A stretch of DNA of 64,000 bases from the human T2T-CHM13v2.0 reference genome, Homo sapiens: NCBI RefSeq assembly GCF_009914755.1, contig NC_060936.1. The stretch is one strand, 5' to 3'. Below are positions 1 through 14,749 of the stretch, in pieces. The position numbers and the translations under genes were made by a program. Each line of letters opens with the position of its first letter. Position 1 is the first letter of the stretch. The notes beneath the pieces were generated by a model, which saw only the letters and a program-made list of their open reading frames with translations, was not told the origin of the DNA and did no database searches.

Positions 1-449
1 CATGCCTCTGCTGGCCTGACAACAAAGAACATTTGTGTTCTTTGCTCTCGAAGCTTTGTAAATAGAACTTGAAGGACCTAGGAGATTTGAAGAGGCCTGG
101 GTGGGCAAGATATTGGGGCGGACACTGAGAGGAAAACAAACTATCATTTCATTACCCCAAGAGGAATGGAGAAAAATTGAAGCCAGGGGAGTGTGCTGGC
201 AGGAATCATTTCTTTGAGAAGGAGGAACAGAAATGAGAGTGGAGAGGGGAGAGAACTTATTAGGGGAGACAGTAGCACCTAGAGGTTAGGAGCTTGGAAT
301 TTGAAGTCAAAGCCAGGTTTCAGACCCAGTTTTGATATTCTTTACCTATGAGCTTTTGGGAAAGTTGCTTAAAAATCAATGCAGGTAGACAGACCAGAGT
401 CTATGTCATAGGTCTGGAAGGGTTAAATTAGAAGATTCATGTGGTACAG

Positions 450-865
450 ACAACACCAGTGTTCATCAGATCTTCCTCCCTGTTGCTCCTAGGCACTCAG
501 GAGACTACACTTTCCAATCTCTTTGCAGTTATGTTGCATATGTGACTGGCCCTGGCCAGTGAAAAGTAGGATGTTTTTATTGGCCTGGTTGGGGTATTTT
601 AAAGTGCATTGCTCAATCCCCACTTTCTTTTCTTGTGCCACCCACGACCAAGGAGGCTCCAGGATGATATGCAGACCCACTAGATCAGAACAGCCTGAAT
701 CCCTGAGTGACTGCATGGAAGACAGCTGCCCTGGAGGATTGCCCAACCTATAGCCAACTTTACATGAGTGAGAAATAAACGTTCTGAGTAGCGAGAAATA
801 AATGTTCACAGAGATTTTAGGGTTGTTTGTCATTGCAGCACAAGCCTATCCCTTCCTACCTAAAA
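450..865 (+). mobile_element. MLT1J/K-like MaLR solo LTR (old)
   Basis: Typical MLT1 3' segment 'atgagtgagaaataaac...ggttgtttgtcattgcagca'. Confidence 0.6.
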
Positions 866-1895
866 GGACATGCAAAGAGGTTGGATCATTAAAAGCACTC
901 AATATTGACAATTATGGTTGATTGATAGACCCCAAAATACAAAGTGAGTGAGGCCATGAGAAAAGAAGACAGACAGGGACAACAGCAAAATCAGCAAAAA
1001 TAAGAGACTGCAGCTAGGATCAAACTTCCATAATAAACATCACTATTTTGGGAAAGCAAACTCTGGGATGGGAGTTGTATTTTCCTTTGTGTTGAAAAAA
1101 CGTAGTTCTTTTCCAAATGCCCACAAACACTTACCTCTATTTGTACATAAATGGGCAGCACAATGATTTTAAAAACCAACAGGCAAATGGGAATCTGTGC
1201 TTGGTGAGATTCAATTTCATTTTTTTGTTAATAGCTTTCTCCTACTTCTCACAGATAGAAAGCAAGCCACTCTAGGGCTGTGACCTCACCTCTCAATCAT
1301 TTGAAAACAGAAAATAAATGTCCAGAGAGATTAAAAACATGGGTTCTGTGCCCCAAAAGTTGTCATGTGACAATGTTGCATCTTCATGGGAAAGATGAAA
1401 ACTCCATGTAATCCTATTACGAATATTTCCATTAGCCACCAAGTCTCACCTTGGTAATCTGTTTCAATTGAAAGTCCTGTCATTCCCCAAAACCCAATTT
1501 AGAAGGTGCAGGGACAAAATATAAGTTTGTGCCAATTTCTCAAAGATGAGCAAAAATCATCACTTGAGTTCATCTGGGATTCTTTTTTCCCTTAATCTCT
1601 TAACTCCGGGGCACTAAAAGAATTATTTCCCAATGTTCACCAAGGTAACCTTGTCCTCTCAGGCCTCCTTAAAAATTCCATAGGCACTCTAGCTTCTATC
1701 TATGAAGTGTGGAGGGTGGAGATATGGGGATCTTAACAAGCAAATGCCCAGCTACCTGGATATCCAAGGTTCTTGTGCTTTTGCATGCTCTGGGAAGGTT
1801 AGTAGGAAGGGGTGACTGGGACTGGTGCCACAGTATATACAAAAAGAGTCAAGATCAGCCAGACTGTTCAAACAGCCCACCCAGCACCAGAATCT

Positions 1896-2347
1896 TTTAA
1901 AAAAATCTTTGTTAAAATTTCAGTAGCTTTTGGGGTACAAGTGGTTTTTGGTTGCATGTATGTATTATACAGTGACAAATTCTGAGATTTTAGTGTACCT
2001 GTCATCTGAATAGTGTATGTTGTACCCAATATGTAGTTTTTAATCCCACACTCCCTTCTCCCATTCTCCCCATTCCGAGTCTCCAAAGCCTATTATATCA
2101 CTCTGTATGCCTTTGCGTATTCATAGCTTAGCTCCCACTTGTAAGTGAGAATATATGGTGTTTGGTTTCCATTCCTGAGTTACTTAATAATGGCCTCCAG
2201 CTTCATCCAAGTTGCTGCAAAAGACATGATTTAGTTCATTTTTATGGACGAGTAGTATTCCATGGTGTATATATACCACATTTTCTTTATTCACTCATTG
2301 GTCAATGGACACTTAGGTTGGTTCCGTGTCTTGGCAATTGTGAATTG
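1896..2347 (-). mobile_element. L1PB-like 3' fragment, 5'-truncated
   Basis: L1 3'UTR/ORF2-end motifs (gctcccacttgtaagtgaga, tagtattccatggtgtatatataccaca); target-site duplication (TSD) gcaccagaatc on both sides. Confidence 0.85.
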
Positions 2348-3899
2348 GCCCGCACCAGAATCCTGACCTTGTGTCAGTCCTTATGCAGTCCCCTCACCAA
2401 CGTGGAAGCTATCACATCATGTTGAGCACACTGAAGGTGGGTGGGAATAGCTGGCCCCATTTTCCATCAAGGAAATGGGTTTAACTCAAACCCTAGAGGC
2501 AGCACATGGTGGATGTCGCCCTCCCTCCAAGACCAAAACCCAAACGTTTTGTTTTCATGCCCTTTTATTTTTCATCAGATCACCCCAGCCTCTTGCTCAA
2601 ACAGAAGCTCAAATGCTTCTGTTGCTTACACCCATGGAACCCTGGGCAAATAACATTTCCTGGAGTCTGATCTGTAAAACAGTGACAATCACATTCTCCT
2701 CTCAGGTTGCAAGCATCCAATAGCGTAAAGTATGTATAATGTGCTCAGCACACTGCATAGCACCTGACAAGGCTCAACTATCCACTTTTCTTATCACAAT
2801 TACTCATCCAGGAGAGTCAGGATACATTAGGCTTTGGTGTCCCTCACTGCATATCCCCCAGTTGGCACCATTTGCTCCAACTCAATTGAGCTATTTGAAG
2901 TTTTGCAAATGTGACCTCTTTTTTCTGCCACCTTCTTGCTTCTGTCTATGCTGTTCCTTATACCAAGAACACCCTTCCTCTAATCCCCATTTCTTCCAAA
3001 ATGTCTTATTCCACAAGAAACAGCCCATTTCACCACTCAGTCAGTCCCTTTCTCTGAATTCTCTTCATGCCCTTTGCACACCTCTGTTTCAACACTTCCT
3101 TCCCTGTATAATGATTCCTGAATTCCTATCTTCCCCATGGCTGAGAGGCTACTGAGGACAAGCATGTCTTATAAAGCCCCGCAGCTCCAGTACCTACTAC
3201 CTCCTGGCTATGTTTGATGAATGACTGGACAAGTGAATGAATGGATACACAAATTATTAACAAAGTTATTTCTGAACATTTTGATCACGGGACACAGATC
3301 TTGATCCTCTACCACTAAGAAAGAATCTTCAAAGTCGATACACATGTCACCAGTATTGGGCCCAACGAAACATCTTCTCTGTCAAAATTAGGAGCTAAAT
3401 ATCAAGGCTTTCAGATGCAATTTCGTGAATTATTTCAACCAGGCAGCCTGGAAGAATTAGACTATGGATTTTATTGGTTCTCCATATTATATGTTAATAC
3501 TCTTTTGGCAGCCTGAAAATGACATTTCTCTTTCCAGCCAATATCACCTCTTTCTCTACTTAGCAAACATTGATATATTTTTTTCCTGAGTTGTCAATTT
3601 CAGGTTGCAATTTCCATCCCTGTTTGGTGCACGCATGTGACAGTCTGTTTGCTTCAGAGATTGAGAAATAAAATCCCCTGGGTGTCAGAAGAGTTTTGGG
3701 TCATCCACAAGCCTGACTGTTTCCTCCCAGCATAGCTGCCAAGACCACACACCTTTTTAGAGAATAAATGTAGTAGCCAGGAAGTGACAGAGATGGGGCT
3801 GCACCAAAGTCTATAGGATTCCAGAGTGCTATGCAGTTCTGACTCTGAGATGGGAGGAAAGAGAAATTTGGTTTGGCATGGCTTATTCTGGGAATAGTT

Positions 3900-4162
3900 C
3901 AGTGGTTCCCAGTCCTGCTTCCATAATAGGATTGCCTGGAGATATATATATGTCAGTAGATCAATAGATAGATAGATTTATTTATATATGTATGTGTGTG
4001 TGTGTGTATATATATGTATACACACACATATATAAATAAATAAAAGATCCAACCCAGATTCACTGAATCAGGATCTTTTGGGGTTGAGGGTGGAGCCCAG
4101 GCATTACTTAGAATTCAAAACTCCCAGGTAATTCGAATGTTCACCCAGGTTGCCAACCACTG
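3900..4162. mobile_element. MER5-family hAT element containing a (TA)/(GATA)/(TG) microsatellite
   Basis: Terminal inverted repeats (TIRs) cagtggtt...aaccactg; internal 'cactgaatcagg...ggagcccaggca'. Confidence 0.65.
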
Positions 4163-5597
4163 GAAAAGCTGAAAACACTCATTTTGATTCAGTAAAGGAA
4201 AAAAGTCTCTCATTTTCATTAAAATCCACCTGAAACACTATTTGCCCCTCACATCTGCTTTGCATTTTTCTGTTTACAAAACACTTTCACCTACATGGTT
4301 TAATCTACTGCCTGAACTCTGTGGGATGGGCAGCAGTGTGCCCGTTCTATACAGCAGGAAGCTGAGGATCACAGAACCCAAGTGACTTGCCCAAGGCCAT
4401 TCAGCACCAGGATGGCAAACTAGGTCTTCTAACCTCAAATCCAAGAGGCTTTCCTGAAATGAAAGGACCAGAGGTCTTTAAGTCACTTAAAGAAGGCCAT
4501 GGCCATTCATCTCCAATAAGGGAATGAGTTTAAGGGTCCTGATTTTGAGACTTGACCCCAAAGGACATTCATTCTTTCTAGGGTTGACCAAAGGCTTTTA
4601 CTAGGCTACTGAAACAGCAACATAAAGCCAAATGTCAAATTCAGACTGGATGGGGAAGAAAGAGGCCAAGGTGTACTCCTTAGAGACCATTTTGAGATAA
4701 AGTGAAGGCTTCTGGAGTTGCAAAGCAAGGGCCGTGAAGGCTGGCTGGTGTCCTTCTGTCACCAGCAGCCCCATCTGCCTTCAGACAGGAATGTGCTGAG
4801 GCTCTTATTCTGATTGGTTTTCTTGAGTGGGTTAAACCTACCCCCCTGCGATCTTGTTTGAACTACTGATTTGCTTAGCAAACACTTTCTCTATAAATAA
4901 TGAGTAAGTAAACTCCAGCCTGCTGCTGATTGCTGATAAATTGTTATGAGTTGGGAGTTAATGGGGTATAAAATAGGCAGTGAGCAGCCCCCACCCCCAC
5001 TCCTATTGGAAATCAGGCTGAACTACCTCAGGACCTGCTAAACTGGCACCTTCTCTCCCTGTCCCCGTGGCCCAAGCCTATCCTTTTCCCCTCCATTTAT
5101 CATCACCTCCCAGGCTGAGATAAAAAGCCACCCTCCCTTGTCATCTTCCCAGGGTCTTAGACCTCTACACTCATCAGCCTTGGGTTCCACAAAAGTTAGA
5201 TCCAAAGGGAAGGAAACCTGCAGGAAAAGACAATTCTGATTATTTTAGTCCTGCTGCCTGTATTTTCCTTTGAGGGGGAGTCTGTTTTATGTTTATATCA
5301 GGGAATGTGATCCACAGATGTGCAGTTCACTAAAATTCCCATCTACTGATGCTCCCCTAGACTTATTTGTTGTTGGCTCTAAACACGTGATACCAGAATG
5401 ATGCTGACCACAGCCTTCCCATGCTACTGGCCATCATGTCTTGCCTCAAGGAGTCGGCTTTAATTGTGACACACGGCATGCTTCCATCACATCCCAGAAG
5501 AAAAGCCCCACTCACAAACTTCTAGCACCTGGGATTGCACGTTAGAGAGTAAGATTTCAACAACTATTTGCTGAACAGCTAGGTGGCTAGAGTAATG

Positions 5598-6225
5598 ATG
5601 GGTGAGTGGATGGGTGCATGAATGGATAGGTGGGAGGGTTGGAGAGTGGGAACATGGATGGATGGATTGATTAATGGTGATTAAACAGATGGGTGGGTAG
5701 GTAGGTGGATAGCTGGGTGTTGAACAGATAGATGGATGAGAGGGTAGGTGAATGGATGGGTGGATGGCTAGATTAATGGTGGGAAGATGGATGGGTGGGA
5801 AGTGGATAGGTGGACTGACAGGATGAATGGGTAAATGGACAGGTGGATGTTAAACAGATGAATGGATGAGAGGGTGGGTGCATGGGTAGATAAATGAGTG
5901 GATGGGTAGGTTAATTGTGGGTAGATGGATGGGTGGCTGGATAGGTGGTTAGTGGGTAGGTGAATGGGTAGATGGATAGGTGGATGTTAAACAGATGGGT
6001 GGATGTGAAGGTGGGTAGATGGATAGATGGGTGGATGGATGTTGAATGAATGGATGAGAGGGTGGGTGGGTGGATGGGGTGGATGGGATGGATGAGTGGA
6101 TGGATGGTAGGTGGGCTTATATTGAATAGATGGATGGTTCAGAGGGTGATTGGATGGGCAGGGGGACAGGTAAGGGGTCTGGGGGATATAAGATGGTTGA
6201 ATTGATAGGAGGATGGATGGATGCG
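5598..6225. repeat. Degenerate (TGGA)n simple repeat with a recurring 'gtggatgttaaacagatg' sub-unit
   Basis: Direct inspection. Confidence 0.9.
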
Positions 6226-7722
6226 TGATCATTCACTTCTGAGGGTTCAGCTTAGGTCAAACAGGTCCAGACAAGGAGGTACATGGTCCAGCTAAAGATG
6301 AAGCAGATAATGTTATAATCATTTCAAAAACAAGAAAACAGAGCTAGAAGGTTGAAAGGCTTGTCTAGAGTCACACAGTGGTAGAAGAAGAACGTGAATT
6401 CTTGGCCCCCTCCTCCTTCCATCCCCTTCCCTCTTTGCATTCAGCACCTGATGGAAGGCCCAACCCTCTGAATGCCAGGCAAACAGCACCGTGTTTTCCC
6501 CTCCAATTCAGGAGCCAGGTGGTGAGATAAGGCCTAGGGATAGGGCAGCACCAAGGCTGGAAAAGGGACCGAAAGAAAGAGAGCAGGGAGGTAGGAAAGC
6601 ACACAAACCAAACCCTGCAGAAGGAAGGGCTGCAAGGCCAGCTGAGCCTAGCAACTGCAGCTTATTGACAAGATAGAATAATAATCCACTGAGCTTCAGT
6701 GCTATGAGAACTTGTCAAAGGCAGCCCTTGTTGCTCAGAGAGAGATCAGACCCAGGGAACTGAGACGCTCTGACAGTCCTCAATGGTCTACAAACACTTC
6801 CAAACAAGTCTGCCGAGAATCCTTGATCTGCACCTCCAAGTCCCGAAGGGCTGTGCTAATAACAGCCTTGGAGGGACTGGTCTCAGCTGGGGAAATTCTG
6901 AGGATGCTTGTGACCCCCTTCTTTGCCTTTGAAGATACCTGATCTGTTCCCTTCTCGAGGTTCCTCTCAGTCTTTTAAACACCTAGAAGAAACAATCTTC
7001 TTTTGAAGAGGACTCGAAGTCGAATCTTTTGATTTAAAGCAAGAGTGACTTCTCAGCTGCATACTTTCTACTGCCATCAAAGGGAGAAGATGACAAGAGG
7101 GCTGGGGAGAAGGGCCTCTGCTTCTCATCACTCAGTCTCAGAGCAAGGACAGACACTTCCCTGGAGACTACAGAGGCGCTGACTGTGGGTCCCCTCAGTT
7201 GCAGTTCTAACTTTAAATTTTGGTCACCTACACCTGCCAACTCAAGAAGAAAGTTCTCTTCAGCGATAAGGTGCTTATGTATACTTGCTTTGACAACAGC
7301 AGGCATGAGCTCAAATCCTAGTTCCATCAATACCAAAAGCACCAAGCCCACTGATACGTGGAAAAAGTCAAAGTGCTTAGAACAGTTCTGGACACACAGT
7401 CAATACTTCTTAAACTATTATTATTACTACGTGATTTAAAAGATTATTCCACTTTTCTGTAGTCTTGGTTACTTTATGAAGAATTTTCAGTTTTGCCTAA
7501 CCACCTAGAGAAATGCACACAGTTACCTCTACATGATAGATGAGAACACTAAGGCTCAGAGAGGTGAGGTGATTTTGTCCAAGGTGACACAGCCAGCAAG
7601 TGACAAGGCTAGAACATTCATCCAGGACATCTAACTCCATACCCAATATTCTTTCTACTGCAGCAAGGGACAAGAGTGTTGTATTTACGTCACCTCCATT
7701 GAGTCCCTGTGATACAGTGCTA

Positions 7723-8119
<397 letters not shown>

Positions 8120-9556
8120 TTATGTCTATCAATTCATTTAATCTTCACATTTATCCCACCTGGTAGGGACTGTTAGACTATTACTACCTCCATTGAACGG
8201 ATGCAGAAACTGAGGCTCAGACAGTCTAAGTGATTACCAACACAAAAGAAAAACTTGTGTAAGCAAATCTGCACTAAAGTTCAATTACTCAAGACCCAGA
8301 ACAACTAGCAAACCAAGCATTCCCCTACAGGCTCTTTTGGTGACCACTCGGCTTCTGTTTCCTGATGATCCACAAGGCCAGGCACTGGCGGACACACAGG
8401 TGCTCAACTCTGATGTGGAAGAACATTTCTTTCCAGTTCAAAATTTCTATATGGCAGAAAATTCTTACAAATTTTACTTTATACCCAAGAGTAAGAGAAG
8501 TGGCCAGACTACGGCAATGACCTATGAAATTCATCTTGGGAAGGCATGGAGAATAGCCAAAAAGAATAACCAAACAAAGATTTTATGCATTCTTTAAGAT
8601 GACCCAGTACAGCCTGGCAGGGTTAGGACTCAAGCTCTGAAATCAGAGGTCAAGGTTATGCCCTAGCTTAGCCTAACACCAGCTATATGTCTTTGAACAA
8701 GCCACCTTACCTCTCTAATCCCCAGCTTTCTCATCTGTAAAACAGGATAACGATTTTAAAAAGCAGTATCTACAAAGTCCTTAGCACAGTGCCTAGTGTG
8801 CAGTAGTTGCTCAAGGAATCTGTTTCCCTTAATAAATATCCATAGTGCCATTTCACAAGGAAGCCCTCTTTCATATGAAAAATGATTCGCCCAAGTGACC
8901 AACTTCCCTTCCGTATTTTTAAAGGACAGTGGTGGCAAACATCAATGATCAGTTTGGAAAACAATACTGCTCAGTCCCCAGAGAGGACATGTCTCCTGGA
9001 AGTCAATGCATTTCCTGTCTCAGCGACCCCACACTGCCATTCTGGTGAATTTTAGCTCTCTCCTTGCTGGGAACTGTTGCTGGGAAAGGATCTTCCAGTT
9101 CTGTCCTTGATCCCTCCGATGACTCCGATAACTGAAATAGTCCCACTAACCTGGTTCAGAGGGTGAAGAGCTCCACTCCCAACTGAACCCTAGCCCTACA
9201 CTGGAAATGTACATGGTATGCAATTACAGGTTGAATTATCAAATTACAGGTTGAGATGTCAAATGTCACTGGGCAGGTGAATAAAGGAAGTCTGCATGCA
9301 GTGGTAAAACCACAGCCTAACAAGATGTTAAGGCTGCAAGAATTCTGAGGGACGTTTTTCTAGTTGCATCCCATTTGTCCTTTCAACACCAGCCTCTAAG
9401 CTGCTGACCACTCCCCTTGCTGGACACTGAGTGTCCCAAGCTTCCATGACAATACCCTCTTCCTGGTTTTCCTCAATTCTCTTGTTCCTATCAGTCTTCC
9501 TTGCAGGAATGCTGCGTCCTCTTCTCTTCTCAGCTTTTTCTTTCCCCTAACAAAGC

Positions 9557-9754
9557 TGCTGGTTCTCAAAGTGGGGTCCCCAGACCTGCAGCATCCGTAT
9601 CACCTGGGATGACTGTTAAACATTGTTAAAGTGCATATTCCCAGGCCCCTCCCAGACCTACTGAATGAGAAACTCTGGGGGTAGGACCCAGCAATCTGTA
9701 TTTTCAAAAGCCCTCCATAAGCTTCTGATGCACGTTTCAGTGTGAAATCCATGC
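9557..9754 (+). mobile_element. MER5A inside an L2 fragment (~9360-9960)
   Basis: 'ggttctcaaagtggggtccccagacc...cagacctactgaatgagaaactctgggggt' matches the recalled MER5A consensus. Confidence 0.75.
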
Positions 9755-11694
9755 CTTCTAATACCCATGCTTTCTAATACCACCCAGCATGAATGGCTCC
9801 CAGGCTAATATCTCCAGTCTAGAACTCATCTCTGAACAGCGAGATATCTAAATGTCTACTTAACATCACCTCTTAATAGACTTAGAGGCACCTCACATTC
9901 AACATCCCCAACCAAAATCTCCTGATTTTGCTCCCTGAGCCTAACTTCAGTATCCTGGTCCCAACCTGACATCATGTCCCACCTTTCCCTCCTCTATTTT
10001 CTTCCAGTGACACCAGAAGGCCAAACATTAACAGAACCTTGCTGCCCATAGGCAGAAGGGATTTCTGGGCACTGGACATCTAGACAACAAAAAAAGCAAA
10101 CACTAAATACAGTTTCTCTTGGAGGAAAACCTCTCCTAGGATTTCTGTAGTTCACCGCCCACCCCTCCCCCCGCAAAAAAATCAGTGAGCACCTACTTTG
10201 TGCAGGTGCTGTGTTTGAGTCTGGGGATACTGAGTCATTCTGTCTGTCCTCCCTCCATCTCGTTTCCCTCTTCTGCCAAACAAATTCTTATGTCACAAAG
10301 ATATATGATCTCAATGCATATATTAATACATCTATTGATTTTCCTCTTGCCAGTCATTATCAAGATTTATTTATCCTCACAGCTCTCCATTGATTGAGGA
10401 AAGCAGTATTCCCAGTGGTCAATCAATCCTGATATACTCCATGACAAGGAGTCAATATCTATTTATTATTTGATTTATGGACCTAATTATCTTAAACATG
10501 ATCAGGCAGGGGGCAAGGCCAAAGCTGAGCAGTGATCAAGCAACTGGAGCCAGGTTGGGAATACATCAAACCAAAGTCTGGGGCCCAGCAAGTTTCTGAA
10601 CAGTGCAGACACACTGATTTTACCCTTCCCACTCTCACCACCCCAGCATCTGCCGCTGGGGAAGGAGAGGGAAAGGGACAAGTGGCAGGGTTTCAATTTG
10701 TGCCTGCTGCCAACTCAACAAGTCACAAGCCAGGCAGGTTTGGTGGTTTGGACAATGAACCTGATTTGGAGGTAGGTCAGTTGTTGTCCTTCCCAGGGAA
10801 TGGGACCCAGCAGTGGGGAGTTCTTAAGGTGTCCGTGGGACATAAGAAAGTGGGATGGACTCAGGCACGGCTAGAAAGGGAAAGAGGACGAGAGAGTGGA
10901 TGGATACAAGCTTCAGTATGAATCAGACAGTCTCTTCCTAGCTTATGACCTTGGGCAAAATCGTAATTAAAAGCTGATTCCCTGCAATCTGACCAACCTG
11001 CATGAATTACTGGTTTTTCTGTTTTTTGAATCTCTTTCATGATCCCTTGAAGTAGGTACCGTTCAATTCCCCTATTTACAGACAAGGAAATGGATTGCAT
11101 GGTACCTACTTCAGAGGGTTGTTAATTACAACGTTGTCTCCCTATGTAAAGCTGTCCCCATACTCCCAAATCTTTGTTTAACCACTGCCTGCCGGCAATA
11201 CTGAGGAAACCATCCCTTTGCTTTCTGGAACACATGGTAAGGGCCCGATGTTGCCCACACTTGCCTTCAAAACATGCAAATGCAGCTGGCTATTTTTAAC
11301 GTTGGTAAATAGTGAAAGCTGTTGAAAATGCCTTCATTTCCAAAGGCCTGCCAACTCCCTGTTGCTTTCCCCTACGGGAGGCATGCCAAAAATCTCTTAG
11401 AACCTAGGGCATTGAAGCCTGCATTTGTTCCTGCTAATGTCTGATTAGGAGCAACACTAACCGTCCACACCATTTTTGGAGGAGGGGAATACATCACCAA
11501 CCCTACTGCAAGCTCTCTTAAGAAGAGGGAATGTCCCAAAATAGTCTTTATAAAATGCAAACCAGACTGTGTCCCTCCTCTGGTTTAATCCCTGGGTGGC
11601 TCCCCTGACTGCCTTTGGGAGAAAGGTTCAAGTTCCTTAGCCTGACTTGAAAGGTCCTTTAAGATGTCTTTGGTTTCTCTCTCTCTCTCTCTCT

Positions 11695-11996
11695 TTTTTT
11701 TTTTTTTTTTTGAGACAGGGTTTCACTCTGTTGCCCAAGCTGGAGTGCAGTGGTATGATCATGGCTTTCTCACTGCAGCCTCAGTCTCCCAGGCTCAAGC
11801 AATCCTTCTGTCTCAGCCTCCCAACTCGCTGGGACTACAGGAGCACACCATCACATCTGGCTAGTTTTTTAATTTTTGTAGAGATGGGGTGTCCCTGTGC
11901 TGCCCAGGCTGGTCTTGAACTCCTGGGCTCAAGAGATCTTCCCACCTTGGCCTCCCAAAGTGCTGCAATTACCGGTGTGAGCCACCGCACCCGGTC
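11695..11996 (-). mobile_element. AluJ with (CT)n next to the tail
   Basis: Dimer; degenerate TSD agatgtctttggtttc / agatctctctagtttc. Confidence 0.93.
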
Positions 11997-12792
11997 AGAT
12001 CTCTCTAGTTTCATATCTCTTGCTACTCCCCGTATATATCCTCTACTCCAGCTCTTGCCCCTCCCCTGGCCTTGCTACCTCCTACCTCTAAGCCTTTGCA
12101 TATGCTGTCCCCTCCATTAGGAATGTCACTCCCTTCTTGTCCATCTGCCTAATTACTTGGTTGGATAAGGGGCAGGTTCCAGGTCCCCATGTACCCCTGG
12201 GATCTTATTGCAGAGATCACGACACCGTTGGAGAATCATCCAGTTAATTTCCTTGTCTGTGAGCTCCATGACGGGCAGACATCATGCCTTCCTCTCTCTA
12301 TTTCCATCATCAGGCACTGGACCCTATACACAGTAAGTGAGTGGGGAAATACTCCTTTACTGCACTGTTATAACTTACATCACATACTTGGCATCTCTTT
12401 TCTTTTCATCACTGTTACTTCTCCCACATCCTATAGTCATCCCTCCAGTGCGTACTATATTTTCTTTATGTCTACTCATTTCCCAGTGATTCTAAGTAAA
12501 TAGCACCATTCATTGTCTGCTGCTACACTTGCCTAGAGGAGCAGGCTGTGCTAATGTGTGTGAATGTATTTTTGTAAATGTGTTAATCCATTCAACAAGT
12601 ATGTATGGAGGACCTAGTATTTTGGGGGCTGGGGATACAGAGGTGAGTCAAATAGCTGAGATCCTTGCTCTCCTGGGGCTTATGTTCTAAGGTGGGGGAG
12701 GGAATGCAGGGGAAAAAGTAAGTGAGCAAACATAGAAGAACAAAATAATAATTATCTTATGATGAGAAGCACCTTGATGAAAATAAAATGCA

Positions 12793-13089
12793 GGCCAGGC
12801 ACGGTGGCTCACGCCTGTAATCCCAGCACTTTGGGAGGCTGAGGCGGGCAGATCATTTGAGGTCAGGAGTTCAAGACAAGGCTGGCCAACATGGTGAAAC
12901 CCCGTCTCTACTAAAAACACAAAAATTAGTTGGGTGAGGTGGCATGTGCCTGTAATCCCAGCTGCTGGGGAGGCTAAGGCAGGAGAATTACTTGAATCCA
13001 GGAGGCGCAGGTTGCAGTGAACTGAGATTGTGCCACTGCACTCCAGCCTGGGTGACAGACCAAGACCTTGTTTCAAAAATAAAATAAAA
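12793..13089 (+). mobile_element. AluS
   Basis: Full dimer with A-rich tail. Confidence 0.95.
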
Positions 13090-13999
13090 CACAGCAATGT
13101 AATAGGAGGAGACAGAGATGGGAGAAGCTGCACAGTGGGAACAATTTTGGGTTGGCTTCCTGACTTCATGCTCCTCTGGTTGCCTCTACCATCCAGCCAC
13201 TTCTTCTTGGTCCCCTTGCAGAATTTCCCATCTCAACCGGGCCACAATGCTGCAGGTGTTCCGGGCTTCAGGTGGTCTGGGCTTCATCCTCAGGCAACCC
13301 TCCTCTTTTCCCCAGATGACCTCAGCTTCAGAAGAAGTCCATGACTTCCATCACCATGTCTATGCAGATGACTCATACATGGTTATTTCTAGTCCCAACC
13401 TTTCGTCCAAGCTTGAGACCAGGATATCTAGCTCCCTACTCGAGATCTCCCTCTGGATGGCTCAAAGCTTACAGAGGTTCAGTAACTTGGCCAGGGTGCA
13501 AGCCAGGAGCACAGCTGGGACACAAATCCAAGCAATCAAACTGCAGTCACTGACTCCTATCATTTGGTATTATAATAAACACAAAACACTTGCTGTTTGT
13601 AGTGTCAAAGATGTTTTGGCACCTGAGAGAAAATACATGACTTCTACCATTTGCTGCTACCATTATTATTATTGTTGTTATTATATCATTATTATTATAG
13701 CATCATTTTATAGGAGATAAAAGTTATTGAGCACTCCAGTTACAGGAGGCACTATGCTATAGTCTTTTCATATACATCTCTAATTCTTATCACCATCTTG
13801 CAAAAGAGATAAATGTTATCCCCATTCTATATGTGGAGAAATTAAGACAAGCAGGAGTGAAGAAATTTGCAATAGACCCAAATGCCAAAGGGGAGTGTTT
13901 CATACACATACTGTTTAGTGAATATAGCAAGTCATGAAACAGGGTTGCTGGTATGAGTCTATTTCTCATGGGAGAAGAAGATCTATCCATAAAGATGAA

Positions 14000-14424
14000 T
14001 GTGTGTCTCAGAGCTCCTGGCTGTTCATAAATCCCACTGTTTTCCTCCTGGGAATACAGTTAGCTATTTTCCAGTCTTCTTTGCAGTTAGGTATGGCCAA
14101 CAGACTCAGCACCAGCCAATGGCACATAAGTGAAGTGATGTGTACCACTTGTAGGCGGCTCACAGACCACCCCCCTCCATAGGATGTTCCATGCCCCTTC
14201 CTTTTTCCTCAGCTAGAGGCAGAGGACTGTGCAGCTTAGAAGAAGGCAAATCCAAAAGAAGGACATGGTTTGGATCCCCCCATACGTGGAGAAAAGCCAC
14301 CTACCATCCAAAAACTTGCATCTTGGACTATTACATGGACAAGAAATAAACTTATATTGCGTTAAACCACGTCATGTTTTAAGACTTATTTGTTACAGCA
14401 GCTACCATTACCCTGACCAATACA
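14000..14424 (+). mobile_element. MLT1J-like solo LTR
   Basis: TG...CA ends; 3' end 'aagaaataaactt...tttgttacagcagct...ccctgaccaataca'. Confidence 0.7.
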
Positions 14425-14749
14425 AAGTGTGAATTTACACATATTCTGGGACAAATGCCTGGATGGATATACACTAAGATGTTAATGTCATTCTCTCTGG
14501 CTGGAGGCATTATGGGTGAATTTCATTTTCTTCTTTCTGCTGATCTGCATTTGCAATTGCAAACAAGTCATTCACTTGTGTAATAAGATACACAGTTTTT
14601 TAAAGTGATGACAGATGTCACACGTGCTAATTCAGGATCTTTGAGATTCGAGGAGAGTGGTGGCCAGTGGTGAGGTCTTCAGCCATGCAAATCCTCTGCT
14701 GCTCATAGGATGGATTACACAGGCGTATGCAATGTACATGAGATGATGC

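Noticed and set aside
4400-4420. REST/RE1-like TTCAGCACC half-sites (also ~6440, ~19050, ~54688)
   Set aside because: Half-sites only, with wrong spacing or orientation; some lie inside MIR or MER5A.
6660-7355. Cluster of ORFs on both strands and an acceptor-like site at ~7351 (possible pseudogene or alternative exon)
   Set aside because: No recognisable protein similarity, poly-A tail or TSD. Splicing from exon 14 would stop after about 13 codons, and I found no supporting donor.
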